Part shown: positions 20,662 through 31,203 of the stretch, in pieces
Position numbering within the stretch: the first letter of the stretch is position 1
How the letters are laid out: each line of letters opens with the position of its first letter
DNA from: a virus
Direction: 5' to 3' (one strand)
IMG/VR virus record: IMGVR_UViG_3300010373_000001
Span: 32,001 to 96,000 of that record
DNA: 64,000 nt
Position numbers and translations under genes: made by a program
The notes under the pieces: model-generated
What the model saw: only the letters and a program-made list of their open reading frames with translations
Told to the model about the DNA's origin: nothing
Database searches by the model: none

Positions 20662-21663
20662 TCAGTTAGTCTCTGCGATCAGAACTGCCTGATCGGTGAT
20701 AAGACCAAGACCCCAGATCGCGTACCATGCTAGAGCATGCTCACGACCGAAGTCCAGAATACCACCGTCTCGTAGCTCTACAGGCAGCGAGATAGCATGC
20801 CCGAAAGCGTTGTCACCAATGAAGATGGCATCGTACAGAAGAGGACCGGATGAACCCTGTACGTAGTTATTGAATACCTGAGTGGTTTCAATGAAAACTA
20901 CGTCATTCAGACGGCCAATTTCACCCAGAAGGAAGTTGCCAGGTGCGGCATACTTAGTCACTTCAATAAACTCAGGGTCATCCCTAAGCTGACGTGACTG
21001 GTGAGGGTGAATGAAGCAGACGTAAGTCTCGCCTAGCCTCGGCACGTTCTTGGTAGCAAGTGTCTCCTGTGCGTCCTTAACTACAGCAGTTGTGAAGCTG
21101 AAGTTACCTGCTGAAAGCGCAGAAGATGAAGTTGCCGCAGAACCGTGGTCATAAGGCGAAAGCGGAGTACGAACAGCAGTTGACAGAGCAAACTTGTTGT
21201 ATCCCCAGATCTTTGAGGATGCCTGCATCAGTGTGTCTCTTGCACTGCCGTCAAGATAAAGGGCCATGTTACGGCCAAGCAGACGTGAACCAGATGCCAT
21301 AACGTCATCAAATGATGCGTTCAGCAGCAGTTCTGATACTGCAATAGCGAAGCCCTGCTCAGCTACGGTGATGTCAAACTGAGAAGCTGTAAGAGGGTTA
21401 GTAGCCATACGCACACCTTCAACAAGCTGTGAAGCTGCACCTAGGTTGTTGTACCTCATGAAATGAATGGTCAATCCCGGCTGTACGTTTAGTTCAGTCT
21501 TCTTTACAGCAAACTGCTCAAAACGCAAAATCGGCATTGCCTGGAACAAAATTTCTTTCGACCAGATTGTCTGGACCGCTGGGGTAAGCTGTGAACCTCC
21601 ACCAGCATAAGCTGTTGGTGATGCGCTCAGAAAGCTAGTACCAGTGATAGCACTTCCTGCCAT
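20662..21663 (-). CDS. Major capsid protein (N4 gp56-like, HK97 fold)
   Basis: IWSKEILFQAMP.LRFEQFA, PG.TI.F.RY, GEIGR...VVFIET, DFGREH.LAWY. Confidence 0.92.
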   Translation of the reverse strand: MAGSAITGTSFLSASPTAYAGGGSQLTPAVQTIWSKEILFQAMPILRFEQFAVKKTELNVQPGLTIHFMRYNNLGAASQLVEGVRMATNPLTASQFDITVAEQGFAIAVSELLLNASFDDVMASGSRLLGRNMALYLDGSARDTLMQASSKIWGYNKFALSTAVRTPLSPYDHGSAATSSSALSAGNFSFTTAVVKDAQETLATKNVPRLGETYVCFIHPHQSRQLRDDPEFIEVTKYAAPGNFLLGEIGRLNDVVFIETTQVFNNYVQGSSGPLLYDAIFIGDNAFGHAISLPVELRDGGILDFGREHALAWYAIWGLGLITDQAVLIAETN

Positions 21664-21690
21664 AGCAGAGTACCTTTCGTGTAAGTTATT

Positions 21691-22557
21691 TTAATTTAAT
21701 AGACCCTTGTTTTGCCCTGCTTTATCCAAGCCCGACTGCTTTCTGTACGCCGCGAATTCCTCCATGCTCATCGCATTGATCTGTTCTGCGGTGTAAGTTC
21801 TCTGCCCTGTTAGATTGTCCAATGGCCCAGATGGACCGAAACCTGTTGGCGCGACCCCGGTTGGCCTGCCTTGTCCTGGGTTTACCGGAGTTTGTCCGGT
21901 CATGCTAGCTACTATATTAGCAGTTTTCTGAATTGCTTTGGTTAGGCTAGCATCAATTTCTTCTTTTGTATTGCCGCCAATGTAATCAACAAAATCCTCG
22001 GCTAGCTGCTGGTTAGCAATAGCCTGGGCAACTACCTGCTGAGTATAAGCCTGAAGTTCGAAGAGCTGCCTCTCCTTATTCATGAAAGCTCTCTCAGCTT
22101 CCATGTCCTTCTTAAACTGTTCTTTCTCAGCGTCCCACTCTGCGGCTCTTTTAGTAATCAGCTCTTCTGCTGATAGCTTAGCCTCAGCGGCTTTCCTGGC
22201 TACTTCGTCTGCTTCTTCTCGCTGCTGTTTTGCAGCAGCTTCTCTGGCATTCTCAGCTTCAGATAGTCTCTTTAGTTCCTGCTGGAATTCAGCAGCCTGA
22301 TCCTCAGCCTTCTTCAGCCTGTCATATACCTTGTCCTTTTCCTGCTTTCTTGCAGCTTCAAGCTGTTCTGCTGTGAAATACTGCTGTCCGGGAGGAGGGT
22401 TATTAACAGTGATATTCAAGGGTGAAGCATCAGCCGGTGGTACGGGGGGATTAACCGGAGGCTCGGTTGGCGTACTTCCGCCAGCCTGCAATCTGATTGG
22501 ACCTCTTTTACCGTAGCCGATGATCTGGCCGGGCATGTTTGTGTTCGGCATATACAT
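21691..22557 (-). CDS. Capsid scaffolding protein
   Basis: Coiled coil, R.QEKDK.Y motif, MSMEEFAAYR C-terminus; between portal and capsid. Confidence 0.8.
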   Translation of the reverse strand: MYMPNTNMPGQIIGYGKRGPIRLQAGGSTPTEPPVNPPVPPADASPLNITVNNPPPGQQYFTAEQLEAARKQEKDKVYDRLKKAEDQAAEFQQELKRLSEAENAREAAAKQQREEADEVARKAAEAKLSAEELITKRAAEWDAEKEQFKKDMEAERAFMNKERQLFELQAYTQQVVAQAIANQQLAEDFVDYIGGNTKEEIDASLTKAIQKTANIVASMTGQTPVNPGQGRPTGVAPTGFGPSGPLDNLTGQRTYTAEQINAMSMEEFAAYRKQSGLDKAGQNKGLLN

Positions 22558-22599
22558 TATCTCTTTCAGTTAACTTACAGTTTTCCGTTTAAACCACGA

Positions 22600-24318
22600 T
22601 TAAGAATTATCTGTGTTATTTATATTTCTTCTCTGCGGCAGTTTAGTGCCGTATGCCATTGTCACGATGTCTTCCATCGTGTTATCTCCAGCCAACCCTG
22701 TGATATCTCCCAGTGATGGAAGATCAGGCAATGGCTGGTTGTCAATGGCAGCATCAGGCTTTCCAGGTTCGCCTTCCTTTGGCTTATCATCCTGCTCGGC
22801 GTAACCTTCAGGTACTAGCCCTGTCAATTTCATAATTATAGCACTGATATGTGCTTTTAGAACCTGCATAGCAGCTTCCTGCTTTGCGTCTACTATTCTT
22901 TCCTCGAACAGCTCAGCCAGTTTCTCGTCTGGGAATTCTTCACCCAGTTCACGAAGAGCACCGACTTTAGACTCAAGCCCAAGAGCCTGCTTTACCTGGA
23001 TTTCTGACAGCTTAATTGTCTCGTCAACCGGCAGTGGTGGTGGCCACACAATGCTGACATTGTAAATGTCGTCATCACCTGGATTAAGGATTAAAGGCTG
23101 TTCCTCTGTTTCCTTGATACCATCGGTTTCCGGATCGTACATCAGAGTCTCTGGCTCAAACAGGAACAATGTCTTGAGAGCCATCCTGCTTATTTCCTTA
23201 AGACCAACTTCGTACTGAGTTCTCTTCTGGTCATAGGCAAGCATAGTAGGCATGTACTGGATAGCCAGTGCCACGCCTGATGTACTAGAGATAGACTGAG
23301 CTTCACCCAGAGCCGTTTGCGGGATGCCGATCATCTCGTGCATTCCCAGCTTTAGCATCTGAAGGAACTCAATAGCGGCAGGAAGTCCCTCAGCACCACC
23401 GCTTAGGTTAGTGATCTTGGCATCTTTAGACGCAAGAGCCCAGATCTTATTTGCTCCCTGCTCAAGATTAGAAGCTTTTCCTCCGGTGATAACTGTCACG
23501 GGTGCCGTGTGATAGTTAATGATGTCAGAAACGTCAGTTGCTTTTTCGTTAAAGTCCCTGTTCAGAGGTATAACGTCCATGACATCTGATAGACCCCATG
23601 GAGAAGCAGAGGCAATACGGTTAGCAACATGAACAACCGGAATGAATCCTAGCGGATTCTCCCTGCGGTCAATCAGTTCGTCGTTAACGTATTCCTCAAT
23701 GGTGTCATCAGTAAGAATTTCAACGTAGGTGAATACCTGACGTGTTCCCTCCGGTGCTGTGCCCCAGAAACGGTACTTGATCTTAAACCTGATCAGGCGA
23801 TCCCTGTCATGAGGATGCCATTCCGGGAAACAGAAGCTTGCGTTAATGGGCAGGATTCTTACCTTGCCCTTATGTACTGAACCTACTGCATCTGTGTAAG
23901 GAGGTTCCCATGCAACCTTAACGAAAGAGTCTCCCTGAACACTTCCCTGGTTGCCGATTTCCCATAGTAGCTGCTGCTTGTTATTGTCCTTCATCCAGAT
24001 ACGGTCAAGCAGAGCGGGGATAATGTGCTGGAATTTCTTAGGTGACTGGAATGTAACTCCGCGAGAGAAGGTAAAGTTTACCATCCAGTCTGATAATGCA
24101 CGCACATAGTTGAAAGTTATCTGCGGCTCTCCTGGCTCTCTTCTGTAAGCCCAGTGATGCCCAAGATAGAATGCCCAAGCTTGAGCATAGCGGTTAAGTC
24201 TGGGTCCATGAACCTCAAACTCTTCGTCAGCTAGCTCGACCAGACCTAGAGGAGAGATAGCAACAGTAAGGTCGCTACCAGCAGCCCTCATGGATGGGCT
24301 TACAAAATCAATGCTCAT
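22600..24318 (-). CDS. Portal protein
   Basis: FYLG.HW, N.LGFIPVVH..N, WG.SD, SGVAL, W...LP.D motifs; 572 aa. Confidence 0.88.
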   Translation of the reverse strand: MSIDFVSPSMRAAGSDLTVAISPLGLVELADEEFEVHGPRLNRYAQAWAFYLGHHWAYRREPGEPQITFNYVRALSDWMVNFTFSRGVTFQSPKKFQHIIPALLDRIWMKDNNKQQLLWEIGNQGSVQGDSFVKVAWEPPYTDAVGSVHKGKVRILPINASFCFPEWHPHDRDRLIRFKIKYRFWGTAPEGTRQVFTYVEILTDDTIEEYVNDELIDRRENPLGFIPVVHVANRIASASPWGLSDVMDVIPLNRDFNEKATDVSDIINYHTAPVTVITGGKASNLEQGANKIWALASKDAKITNLSGGAEGLPAAIEFLQMLKLGMHEMIGIPQTALGEAQSISSTSGVALAIQYMPTMLAYDQKRTQYEVGLKEISRMALKTLFLFEPETLMYDPETDGIKETEEQPLILNPGDDDIYNVSIVWPPPLPVDETIKLSEIQVKQALGLESKVGALRELGEEFPDEKLAELFEERIVDAKQEAAMQVLKAHISAIIMKLTGLVPEGYAEQDDKPKEGEPGKPDAAIDNQPLPDLPSLGDITGLAGDNTMEDIVTMAYGTKLPQRRNINNTDNS

Positions 24319-24374
24319 TTGCTACTTTCTCTGCCATTTAAGTGTCCCGTATTAGTTGTTCTTAAACCTGAGGA

Positions 24375-24405
24375 TGCCGGGAGTACTTTTTGAGTACTCC
24401 CGGCA
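24375..24405. terminator. 13-bp inverted repeat upstream of portal
   Basis: tgccgggagtact/agtactcccggca. Confidence 0.5.
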
Positions 24406-24411
24406 GAAGAT

Positions 24412-24636
24412 TTAGCCTCTTCTTACCCTCGGTTTTGGTGCGTGCAGTACATATGTTCCGGGTCTTCTAACATCAGTTCCCGGCTTCTTAAGAGGTGATT
24501 TTCTCTTAGCACCCAGCCTTGTTTCCGGCCTGTACCCTACCAGAGTTCTTCTGTGATGAAACTCTGGTACAACGGTATGACCTTTCGTGTGCCGGGTTGG
24601 CTTTTTGAACTGCCCCGGATTTAGCGGCGCAGACAT
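24412..24636 (-). CDS. Small basic hypothetical protein
   Basis: K/R-rich co-oriented ORF. Confidence 0.5.
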   Translation of the reverse strand: MSAPLNPGQFKKPTRHTKGHTVVPEFHHRRTLVGYRPETRLGAKRKSPLKKPGTDVRRPGTYVLHAPKPRVRRG

Positions 24637-24640
24637 AAGC

Positions 24641-25099
24641 TTAGTCCATTACTTCCGCAGGGTTACGACGCTCGTAACGCTTGCCTGAAGGGTTAGGAGC
24701 ACCACGGTTAACCTGCTCGTACTTCCTTTCGGCAGTAGCGTAGTCTGCACCATGAGAGAACTCACCAAGATATGTTGGTGCCTCTACCCATGCGGCAGAA
24801 CCTACGTGAGCACGTTCCCTCATTGTTTCCGCTGGCCACTTCTCATATACATTCATGTTATGATTCGGGCGGCCCGGTGCGGGAACGTATCCCTGCCTGA
24901 TACCGTTTTCAAACTCATTGGGAAGGTCGGTGTCAGTTGCCAGACCTTCCTCGAAACGCAATGGGCCAACCTGTCCTGACTGGTTTGGTCCCGACTTTAC
25001 CTCATAAATAGTCCCCGGACGCTCTGGGTAGTGATCTACCGGAGCAAGAGGTGACCTGTTTGGAGTGGCCTGAGTGTAGCCAAAATCCTTATTTGCCAT
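24641..25099 (-). CDS. Hypothetical virion-associated protein
   Basis: GPLRFEEG.ATDTD.P and RERAHVGSAAW motifs; RBS present. Confidence 0.6.
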   Translation of the reverse strand: MANKDFGYTQATPNRSPLAPVDHYPERPGTIYEVKSGPNQSGQVGPLRFEEGLATDTDLPNEFENGIRQGYVPAPGRPNHNMNVYEKWPAETMRERAHVGSAAWVEAPTYLGEFSHGADYATAERKYEQVNRGAPNPSGKRYERRNPAEVMD

Positions 25100-25116
25100 T
25101 TTATCTTCTTTCCTTA

Positions 25117-25527
25117 TCAGCCAGTGCCGGTTACGGTGTAACCCATTGTCTGTGCTGAGATAAGTTTAACTGTAGTTCCGGGGCTAGCGATACCGCCTGC
25201 TATAGATGATCCCATAGGGGTTACAGTCTGGGGGATCGTTGTTATCAGTGTTCCTGCCGGAACATTCATCAGACCTTGTGTCCAGTATGGTTCTGCATTA
25301 TCAAGTATAACCGTCTGATTGGGCGCAATTTGCTCGTCATCCTGGCCACCGACAGTTGGTGTAGTTCCATCCACTGTAGCGTAAATAGGAGCCGGGGTTG
25401 TGCCACTCTCATTAGTAATTTCAACAGCACCATAACGGATAGGAACAGAGCCCGATCCGAATGTAATAGTTGTGACAGTGTTCGCTACAAGAGTACCGTT
25501 TGCTGTCTCTACTGCTGTGAATGGCAT
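25117..25527 (-). CDS. Thr-rich structural protein
   Basis: Composition and operon position. Confidence 0.55.
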   Translation of the reverse strand: MPFTAVETANGTLVANTVTTITFGSGSVPIRYGAVEITNESGTTPAPIYATVDGTTPTVGGQDDEQIAPNQTVILDNAEPYWTQGLMNVPAGTLITTIPQTVTPMGSSIAGGIASPGTTVKLISAQTMGYTVTGTG

Positions 25528-25528
25528 A

Positions 25529-26158
25529 TCAGGCCCTTAGTCCTGCCCATACTTTTGAAGCGTACCCGATCTGACCTGAAAGAGTCAGGGAAGCAGGAAG
25601 AGTTGCCTGCACGCCATAGTCAGAGGTAATCGGCGCAGACGCCAGAGTTACACCAGCGTTACCGAATGCGATAGCACCACCAGAACCGCCTGTTGGGTAA
25701 GTTACACCAGCAAGCACGGGCTGTACTGACCAAGTAATTGTAGTGAACAAGTAGTAGTAGTTACCGCCAACAAGGTTAGCTGAAGCGGCAAACGCTACGG
25801 GGGTCAGAGCGGTGTTCACAATAGCTGCGTGAGCATCTACTGATGTGGCTAGCTGTGCCCCTGTGGCTGAGTAAAGCCCGGAAAGGAAAACAGTAGTTGT
25901 TCCTGTAGTTGTGAAGTAATAGTCAACGTGGCCTACAGTGCAGTTAGCCGGAACATAAATTCTGGTTAGCAGACCGTGAGTTGAGGCCGGAAAGTTAACT
26001 GTAGCAGTGGCGTCATCTAGTTCAAGGCTCCAGGCATTGTACCCATTCTGGAGAGACGGCACGAAAAGAGTTGAGCTTGCGTTGGCATAGCTCTCAAGAG
26101 AAGCTAGCTGCTGGTCTGTCCAACCAGTAGTGTTCTCGATTCCTAGGGACGTAGCCAT
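25529..26158 (-). CDS. Structural protein
   Basis: Beta-rich; resembles C-terminal domain of 17541-19037. Confidence 0.55.
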   Translation of the reverse strand: MATSLGIENTTGWTDQQLASLESYANASSTLFVPSLQNGYNAWSLELDDATATVNFPASTHGLLTRIYVPANCTVGHVDYYFTTTGTTTVFLSGLYSATGAQLATSVDAHAAIVNTALTPVAFAASANLVGGNYYYLFTTITWSVQPVLAGVTYPTGGSGGAIAFGNAGVTLASAPITSDYGVQATLPASLTLSGQIGYASKVWAGLRA

Positions 26159-26205
26159 AGTGTTAGTCCTAACATGGATGTAAATATTTACAGTCTTATT
26201 GTATC

Positions 26206-28209
26206 TTACCTAGAATGCCTCTTGTAAACAGGTATTCTCAATTTAGCCATCCAGTCTCTAGGACCGAGAATGGCAGCAATTACTATCTGACCTGCGTGAC
26301 CAGCAAAAGCTTTAACGGAAGTATTAGATGAAGGTCCAGGGATATTCAGGTTTACTGTTCCTGCACGGGCTGAAACTGATGAAGCTGAAGCAGTTCCAGG
26401 TACAGTAACCTTTACCGTTCCCGTCTTTGCCGATACTGCTACAGTAGCAGTGATTCCGTGAACAACAGCGTCAGCGCTTACTATACCCGGCGTTGCTGAA
26501 ATAGTTACATGAGCAGTTGTGCCCTGTACTGTTTCAGAAACAGTACCAGGAATAGCAGCCACAGTTGCGGTTGCTGTTACTCCTGTGATAGTTACATTTA
26601 CAGTCCCCGGATTTGCGTGGGCCGTAGCCTGAGCAACAGATCCGGAAATAGTTTCAACGATTGTTCCTGCAATAGCCGCGACGGTTGCCGTAGCTGTGAC
26701 ACCAGGAACATTAGCTGATAGCTGCAATCCTCCAGGGTTGGCTACTACAGTTACCGTACTGGTAATGCCGCCAACAACAGTTGCCTGACCAACTACACCA
26801 TCAGGAGCAAATGCATTGACATTACCAGAAGTTCCGTTAATATCAATCTCAATATTACCGGCAACAGCCTGTACAGGAGAGTTAACAACAGTTCCGGGAG
26901 CGGAAATCGTAACTGTTCCGGCTATGGCTGCTACGGATGCTGTAGCAGTAACACCGCTAACTGTTACCGCAGCAGTTACAGTTCCGGGATTAGCAACCAC
27001 ATTTACATTAGAGGCTACGCCAGGAGTGGTTACATTAACTGTACCGGCTATAGCTGTAGCTGTTACTGTTGCTGCTGTGCCAGGAATGTTTACTACAGCA
27101 GTACCATTATTCGCTGCTGCATTAACATTTGAAACTGTTCCCTGCGGATTTACTTTTACTGTACCGGCTTGAGCCGCAACTGTATCTGTAGCAGTTGTCC
27201 CGGTAATAGTCTCAACAACTGTGCCCGCGATAGGTGTAACAGTAACAGCAGAAGCTACCCCCGCTGGGGAAATTGTTACTGTTCCTGCAACTGCGGAAAC
27301 TGTAACTGTGCCAGTAGGACCAGTAACACCAGTTGATCCAGCACCGCCAGGATTAGCTGTGACAGTTACAGCAGCAGCCACTCCTGGTATAGATTCAGTT
27401 ACCGTTCCTGCTACTGCGGCAGCAGCTACAGTAGAAACTGTTCCCGGAATAGCTTCTGTTACTGTTCCGTTTACAGCAGCTACAGTTACGGTTGCCGTAA
27501 CACCAGTGACATTTACCGGAACTCCGGAGGTAACAGGCAGCAGTTCAACTGCTACCATTCCCCACCAGTCAGCACCAGCGCTGTTTGTCCAAGATAGGAG
27601 AGTGGTTTTGCCGGTGCCTAGCGACGCCTGATCTTCAAACATACCGTTGCCAGCAGCATCGGTATTATTGATATCTTCTTGCCAGCGGATTGTAGATGAC
27701 GGACCAGCGGTGAAAGTTCCCCCGCCGTTATTTCCGCCGTAGGAAGTAGCAGCAACTATAAGGCTACTTGCTGTCGTGTTAGCTACAGCGATAATTCCAG
27801 ATGAACTATTACCAAATGCGGTTACTGCTGTCCCGATACTTGATACACCACCGTAGGTGGTTGCACCAGCCCATATTGGGGGGCCACCAGTAACGGTAAC
27901 AGTATTAGATCCTGTAGGCAAGCTGCCAAGCTTGCCGTACATAGCCACGCCACCAGATGTCCCATTATTGCTTGGGATAAATCCGATAAGTGAAAGTGTT
28001 GCTGCACCATAAGTAACATTAGTTATGGTGTTAGTTCCGCCATTGGTTTTAGCAGCAACGATAATGCAGTTACCAGCATTACCATTAACCAGTGCTCCTG
28101 AAGCCCCCGCGTATCCAGCAGTGGCATCAAGCGTTACCGTTGTTTGAGGCTGTGGCGCGGTTGGCAGAATCTTTGGCGGTATGGGAAAGCCGCGACCTAG
28201 AATAGCCAT
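26206..28209 (-). CDS. Long Thr/Val/Ala repeat fibre-like protein
   Basis: About 20 imperfect G.TATV.V.A..GTV repeats of ~19-22 aa. Confidence 0.65.
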   Translation of the reverse strand: MAILGRGFPIPPKILPTAPQPQTTVTLDATAGYAGASGALVNGNAGNCIIVAAKTNGGTNTITNVTYGAATLSLIGFIPSNNGTSGGVAMYGKLGSLPTGSNTVTVTGGPPIWAGATTYGGVSSIGTAVTAFGNSSSGIIAVANTTASSLIVAATSYGGNNGGGTFTAGPSSTIRWQEDINNTDAAGNGMFEDQASLGTGKTTLLSWTNSAGADWWGMVAVELLPVTSGVPVNVTGVTATVTVAAVNGTVTEAIPGTVSTVAAAAVAGTVTESIPGVAAAVTVTANPGGAGSTGVTGPTGTVTVSAVAGTVTISPAGVASAVTVTPIAGTVVETITGTTATDTVAAQAGTVKVNPQGTVSNVNAAANNGTAVVNIPGTAATVTATAIAGTVNVTTPGVASNVNVVANPGTVTAAVTVSGVTATASVAAIAGTVTISAPGTVVNSPVQAVAGNIEIDINGTSGNVNAFAPDGVVGQATVVGGITSTVTVVANPGGLQLSANVPGVTATATVAAIAGTIVETISGSVAQATAHANPGTVNVTITGVTATATVAAIPGTVSETVQGTTAHVTISATPGIVSADAVVHGITATVAVSAKTGTVKVTVPGTASASSVSARAGTVNLNIPGPSSNTSVKAFAGHAGQIVIAAILGPRDWMAKLRIPVYKRHSR

Positions 28210-28226
28210 GGGTTAATTAATTCTTT

Positions 28227-28967
28227 TCACCACAGAGATGCATCATGTACTGGTACTCCGGGAGGCTGAATTACTGGTGGAGTTATTGTCCAGATAAGAA
28301 TAACCTGACCGGCAAAACCAGCACCACCAACACGGTTAGTAGTAGCAGTTCCGGATTCTCCGCCTCCACCGCCTCCACCTGGGCCTGAGACTGGAGCATT
28401 TCCTACACCACCAGCGGAACCTGTTCCTCCAACACCACCGATACCTCCACCAGTAGGAGGAGTTCCGGCAGCATTAACGCCACCAGCACCACCAACTGAT
28501 CCTGTACCGGCAGAAGATCCTCCACCGCCGCCAAGATGTGTTGAACCTGCTCCTGTTCCGCCTAGACCACCATCAAAGTGAACAGTGTTAGTTGACCCTG
28601 TTCCTCCAGCACCACCAGCACCGTTAGCTGTACCGCCAACGCCAAGAGAACCACCATGAGCGGTAACTGTGGTGAACCCGGTCATAGTAAAAGTTGAGCT
28701 ATTACCATTACCACCATTACCTGATGAACCAGCAGAACCAGCAGCCCCTACTACAGCAGTAAAAGCAGTACCAGGAATAATACTTCCTGTTTCCTGGGCA
28801 AACTCTCCACCACCGCCACCACCAGAACCGTGAACGGTAACAGCACCAGATCCGCCACCGCCACCGCCACTTCCCCAACATTGTGCTATTAGGGAAGTGG
28901 CGTTGGGCGGAACGGTGCCGTTGTTTGTTCCGGCAGAAGAGAAAGTCTGAGTGAAAGTGTAAGACAC
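28227..28967 (-). CDS. Glycine-rich domain virion protein
   Basis: Paralogous to the N-terminus of 14300-16600 (CWG.GGGG, GGGGGGE.A, GGAGGTGSTN..HFDGG). Confidence 0.65.
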   Translation of the reverse strand: MSYTFTQTFSSAGTNNGTVPPNATSLIAQCWGSGGGGGGSGAVTVHGSGGGGGGEFAQETGSIIPGTAFTAVVGAAGSAGSSGNGGNGNSSTFTMTGFTTVTAHGGSLGVGGTANGAGGAGGTGSTNTVHFDGGLGGTGAGSTHLGGGGGSSAGTGSVGGAGGVNAAGTPPTGGGIGGVGGTGSAGGVGNAPVSGPGGGGGGGESGTATTNRVGGAGFAGQVILIWTITPPVIQPPGVPVHDASLW

Positions 28968-28976
28968 TCTTTTACT

Positions 28977-29486
28977 CTATTCTCTCCAGGTAATGTAGCA
29001 GATAGCGTTTACCGCAGATGCCGCAGTAACCCTGATACGAAGAGCGTCACCAGCTTTAATCATTGGCTCTCTTCCTAGCGGCCATTGCTTGATATAAGTG
29101 TTGGTAGACAACACCTGATAGTCATAAAGCTGAGTAGAAGTAATAGTACCTTCTGCCGATGCAGTAAATCCTGAAGCACCTGTTCCGATAGTTAGCTGTG
29201 ATGCCTGTTGTCCGGGGTTAGTTACATTTGTTATGTCTACTGCGGCAGAAGTGTATGCCGTAACGGTAGCGAAAACTGTTCCCGTGTCGATTAGTTCAGT
29301 TCTAATAGCGGCAGGGGAACCGTCGAATGAGATTCCCCATTCAACGATATTGATATTACGGCCTGATGGGGGTGCCAACTGCATGAGTGTTTTAACTGTA
29401 GCTCCTGTGGTTACCGGAGTTATAGCTGCTGTCGCACCTGAAGTTGGTATATGACCATTGTAGGCCGAGTAGATATTTTCAGCCAT
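28977..29486 (-). CDS. Structural protein
   Basis: EWGISFDG and PLGREP motifs; co-oriented. Confidence 0.55.
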   Translation of the reverse strand: MAENIYSAYNGHIPTSGATAAITPVTTGATVKTLMQLAPPSGRNINIVEWGISFDGSPAAIRTELIDTGTVFATVTAYTSAAVDITNVTNPGQQASQLTIGTGASGFTASAEGTITSTQLYDYQVLSTNTYIKQWPLGREPMIKAGDALRIRVTAASAVNAICYITWRE

Positions 29487-29488
29487 AA

Positions 29489-29839
29489 TTACACCAGTTC
29501 ACAAATAAGATCTACTGAGCAAAGCTGGTCCGATCCAGTGGTGTTAGTAGTGAATATATCAAAAACCGGAGAGTTACCGCTGTGTCCCATGTGGAAGGTA
29601 GGAATATCAATAGTTACACCAGCGGGCACATTAAATAGAAAACCGATTATATGAACATCTTCTGGTAGTTGCGTGCGCCACGGAAAAGGGCTGAGCATGT
29701 TCAATTGAAAATTAGAGTCCGTAGACTCTGATGTCCATGAAACTGTTAGCTCAAATGGACTTGATCCATCAATGCGTGTATTGAGAAGTGTATATAGAAC
29801 GCTTGCTTGATACGAAGCATCGTCGTGAATAAAAGCCAT
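29489..29839 (-). CDS. Hypothetical protein
   Basis: Start reassigned to MAFIHDD, overlapping the upstream TGA. Confidence 0.5.
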   Translation of the reverse strand: MAFIHDDASYQASVLYTLLNTRIDGSSPFELTVSWTSESTDSNFQLNMLSPFPWRTQLPEDVHIIGFLFNVPAGVTIDIPTFHMGHSGNSPVFDIFTTNTTGSDQLCSVDLICELV

Positions 29840-30309
29840 CAGCTTGAAGTCCAAGTGATCAGGCCAGATCCACTGATAGTAAGAGTGAATGTGGCAGCGG
29901 TTGTTGCCTGTGTTCCGCCGAAATCCCAGTAGCACATCAGAAGCCTGGTTGTGTCGTTGGTGTCAACAGCAGCGTCATAGAAGAATGCGTACTTGTCTGA
30001 GAAGGTTGCGGAAGTCCATGAAGGATTAGCACAGGTAAGAGTGTTAACCAGACCAGACTGAGAGAAGCTTACTGAGGTTAGTGTCTGGCGGGAATATCCA
30101 GCGCCAGCCTCTTCAGTAAGAGCGCCACCGCCACCTGAACCAGAGTTGGCAAGGAACTGGGAAACAGTTGTGTATGCCTCAGTTGCGGCAACCCAGTTAA
30201 AGGTTCCTGTTGCCAGTCCTACCTTAAGAGTGTCTACGTTGTTCAGGGAGAATGTCTTAGTTCCCATTCCCTGAGTGAAGCCGGGGAAAACGTGTGCTGT
30301 AACGGCCAT
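29839..30309 (-). CDS. Virion structural protein
   Basis: DTLKV.L, GY.R..L, L.CY.DFG motifs of a common phage structural family. Confidence 0.6.
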   Translation of the reverse strand: MAVTAHVFPGFTQGMGTKTFSLNNVDTLKVGLATGTFNWVAATEAYTTVSQFLANSGSGGGGALTEEAGAGYSRQTLTSVSFSQSGLVNTLTCANPSWTSATFSDKYAFFYDAAVDTNDTTRLLMCYWDFGGTQATTAATFTLTISGSGLITWTSS

Positions 30310-30319
30310 AATATGTCCT

Positions 30320-31162
30320 TTAGAAAATAACTAGTGTTCCGACTGATATGACCGGAACCTGAGATGATGTAATAACTCTGACCCAGATCTGGTAAGCACC
30401 AACGGCCAGAACTAGCCCGCCATTTGCGGGGCCAACAAGAATCTGGGCAACGTATGGAGGATTATCTGAAGCCCACGCACCATTATGCCAGTCTCCTGAT
30501 TGTGGCTCAGCACCGCTTGGGATGAAAGCAAACTGCACAGGGAAATCTGTAGGATTGATTCCCAGGCTGCCGATCATTGCGGTAATGTCAGATGACACAA
30601 ACTCAGTGGAAACCGCAGCGATTCTCAGCACGTCATCCTGTTCCATGTTATTGATAGAGCCGGGAATAATCAGGGATTCCAGATGCACTGGAACCGAGGA
30701 AGCTTTGGGAACCGTGATATCGTACTCAAGCCCATCGAGAAAATGTTCTTTAACGTGGTAGGTAAATGAGGTTGGCGTGGTACTGGCGTTATCTGTTGCT
30801 AGTAATGCTACAAATAGCTTACCGTAATACAGATGAATTTTCCCGTTGCCAAATTCATTCAGTCCCACGGGGCTAAGATTCTGCCCGGCGAATCTCTGAG
30901 GGAATGTAGCTGTGGTTGTCCCGTCCGTTACCGTGATAGATGAACTGGGAAAGAAGGTAAAGAATCCTGATAGCGGATTCCCATCGAAATCAAACCTGTT
31001 AGTGAAGACCTGAACGTAAGTAAGACCAGTAGGAAACCCTGGCTCAGAGAACGGATTAGGCGGTGTTAAATTGTAAGACTGGTTTTGAGCAGTCCATGCA
31101 GGAGTCCACCAGGCATCAATAAGAGGCTGGCCCTGATAGTCAATTCCTGTCTGAGCGGTCAT
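30320..31162 (-). CDS. Hypothetical virion protein
   Basis: Co-oriented ORF directly after terminase. Confidence 0.55.
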   Translation of the reverse strand: MTAQTGIDYQGQPLIDAWWTPAWTAQNQSYNLTPPNPFSEPGFPTGLTYVQVFTNRFDFDGNPLSGFFTFFPSSSITVTDGTTTATFPQRFAGQNLSPVGLNEFGNGKIHLYYGKLFVALLATDNASTTPTSFTYHVKEHFLDGLEYDITVPKASSVPVHLESLIIPGSINNMEQDDVLRIAAVSTEFVSSDITAMIGSLGINPTDFPVQFAFIPSGAEPQSGDWHNGAWASDNPPYVAQILVGPANGGLVLAVGAYQIWVRVITSSQVPVISVGTLVIF

Positions 31163-31203
31163 TACTCACCGTAATTTCATTAATTGCTGACAGACCCATT
31201 TTA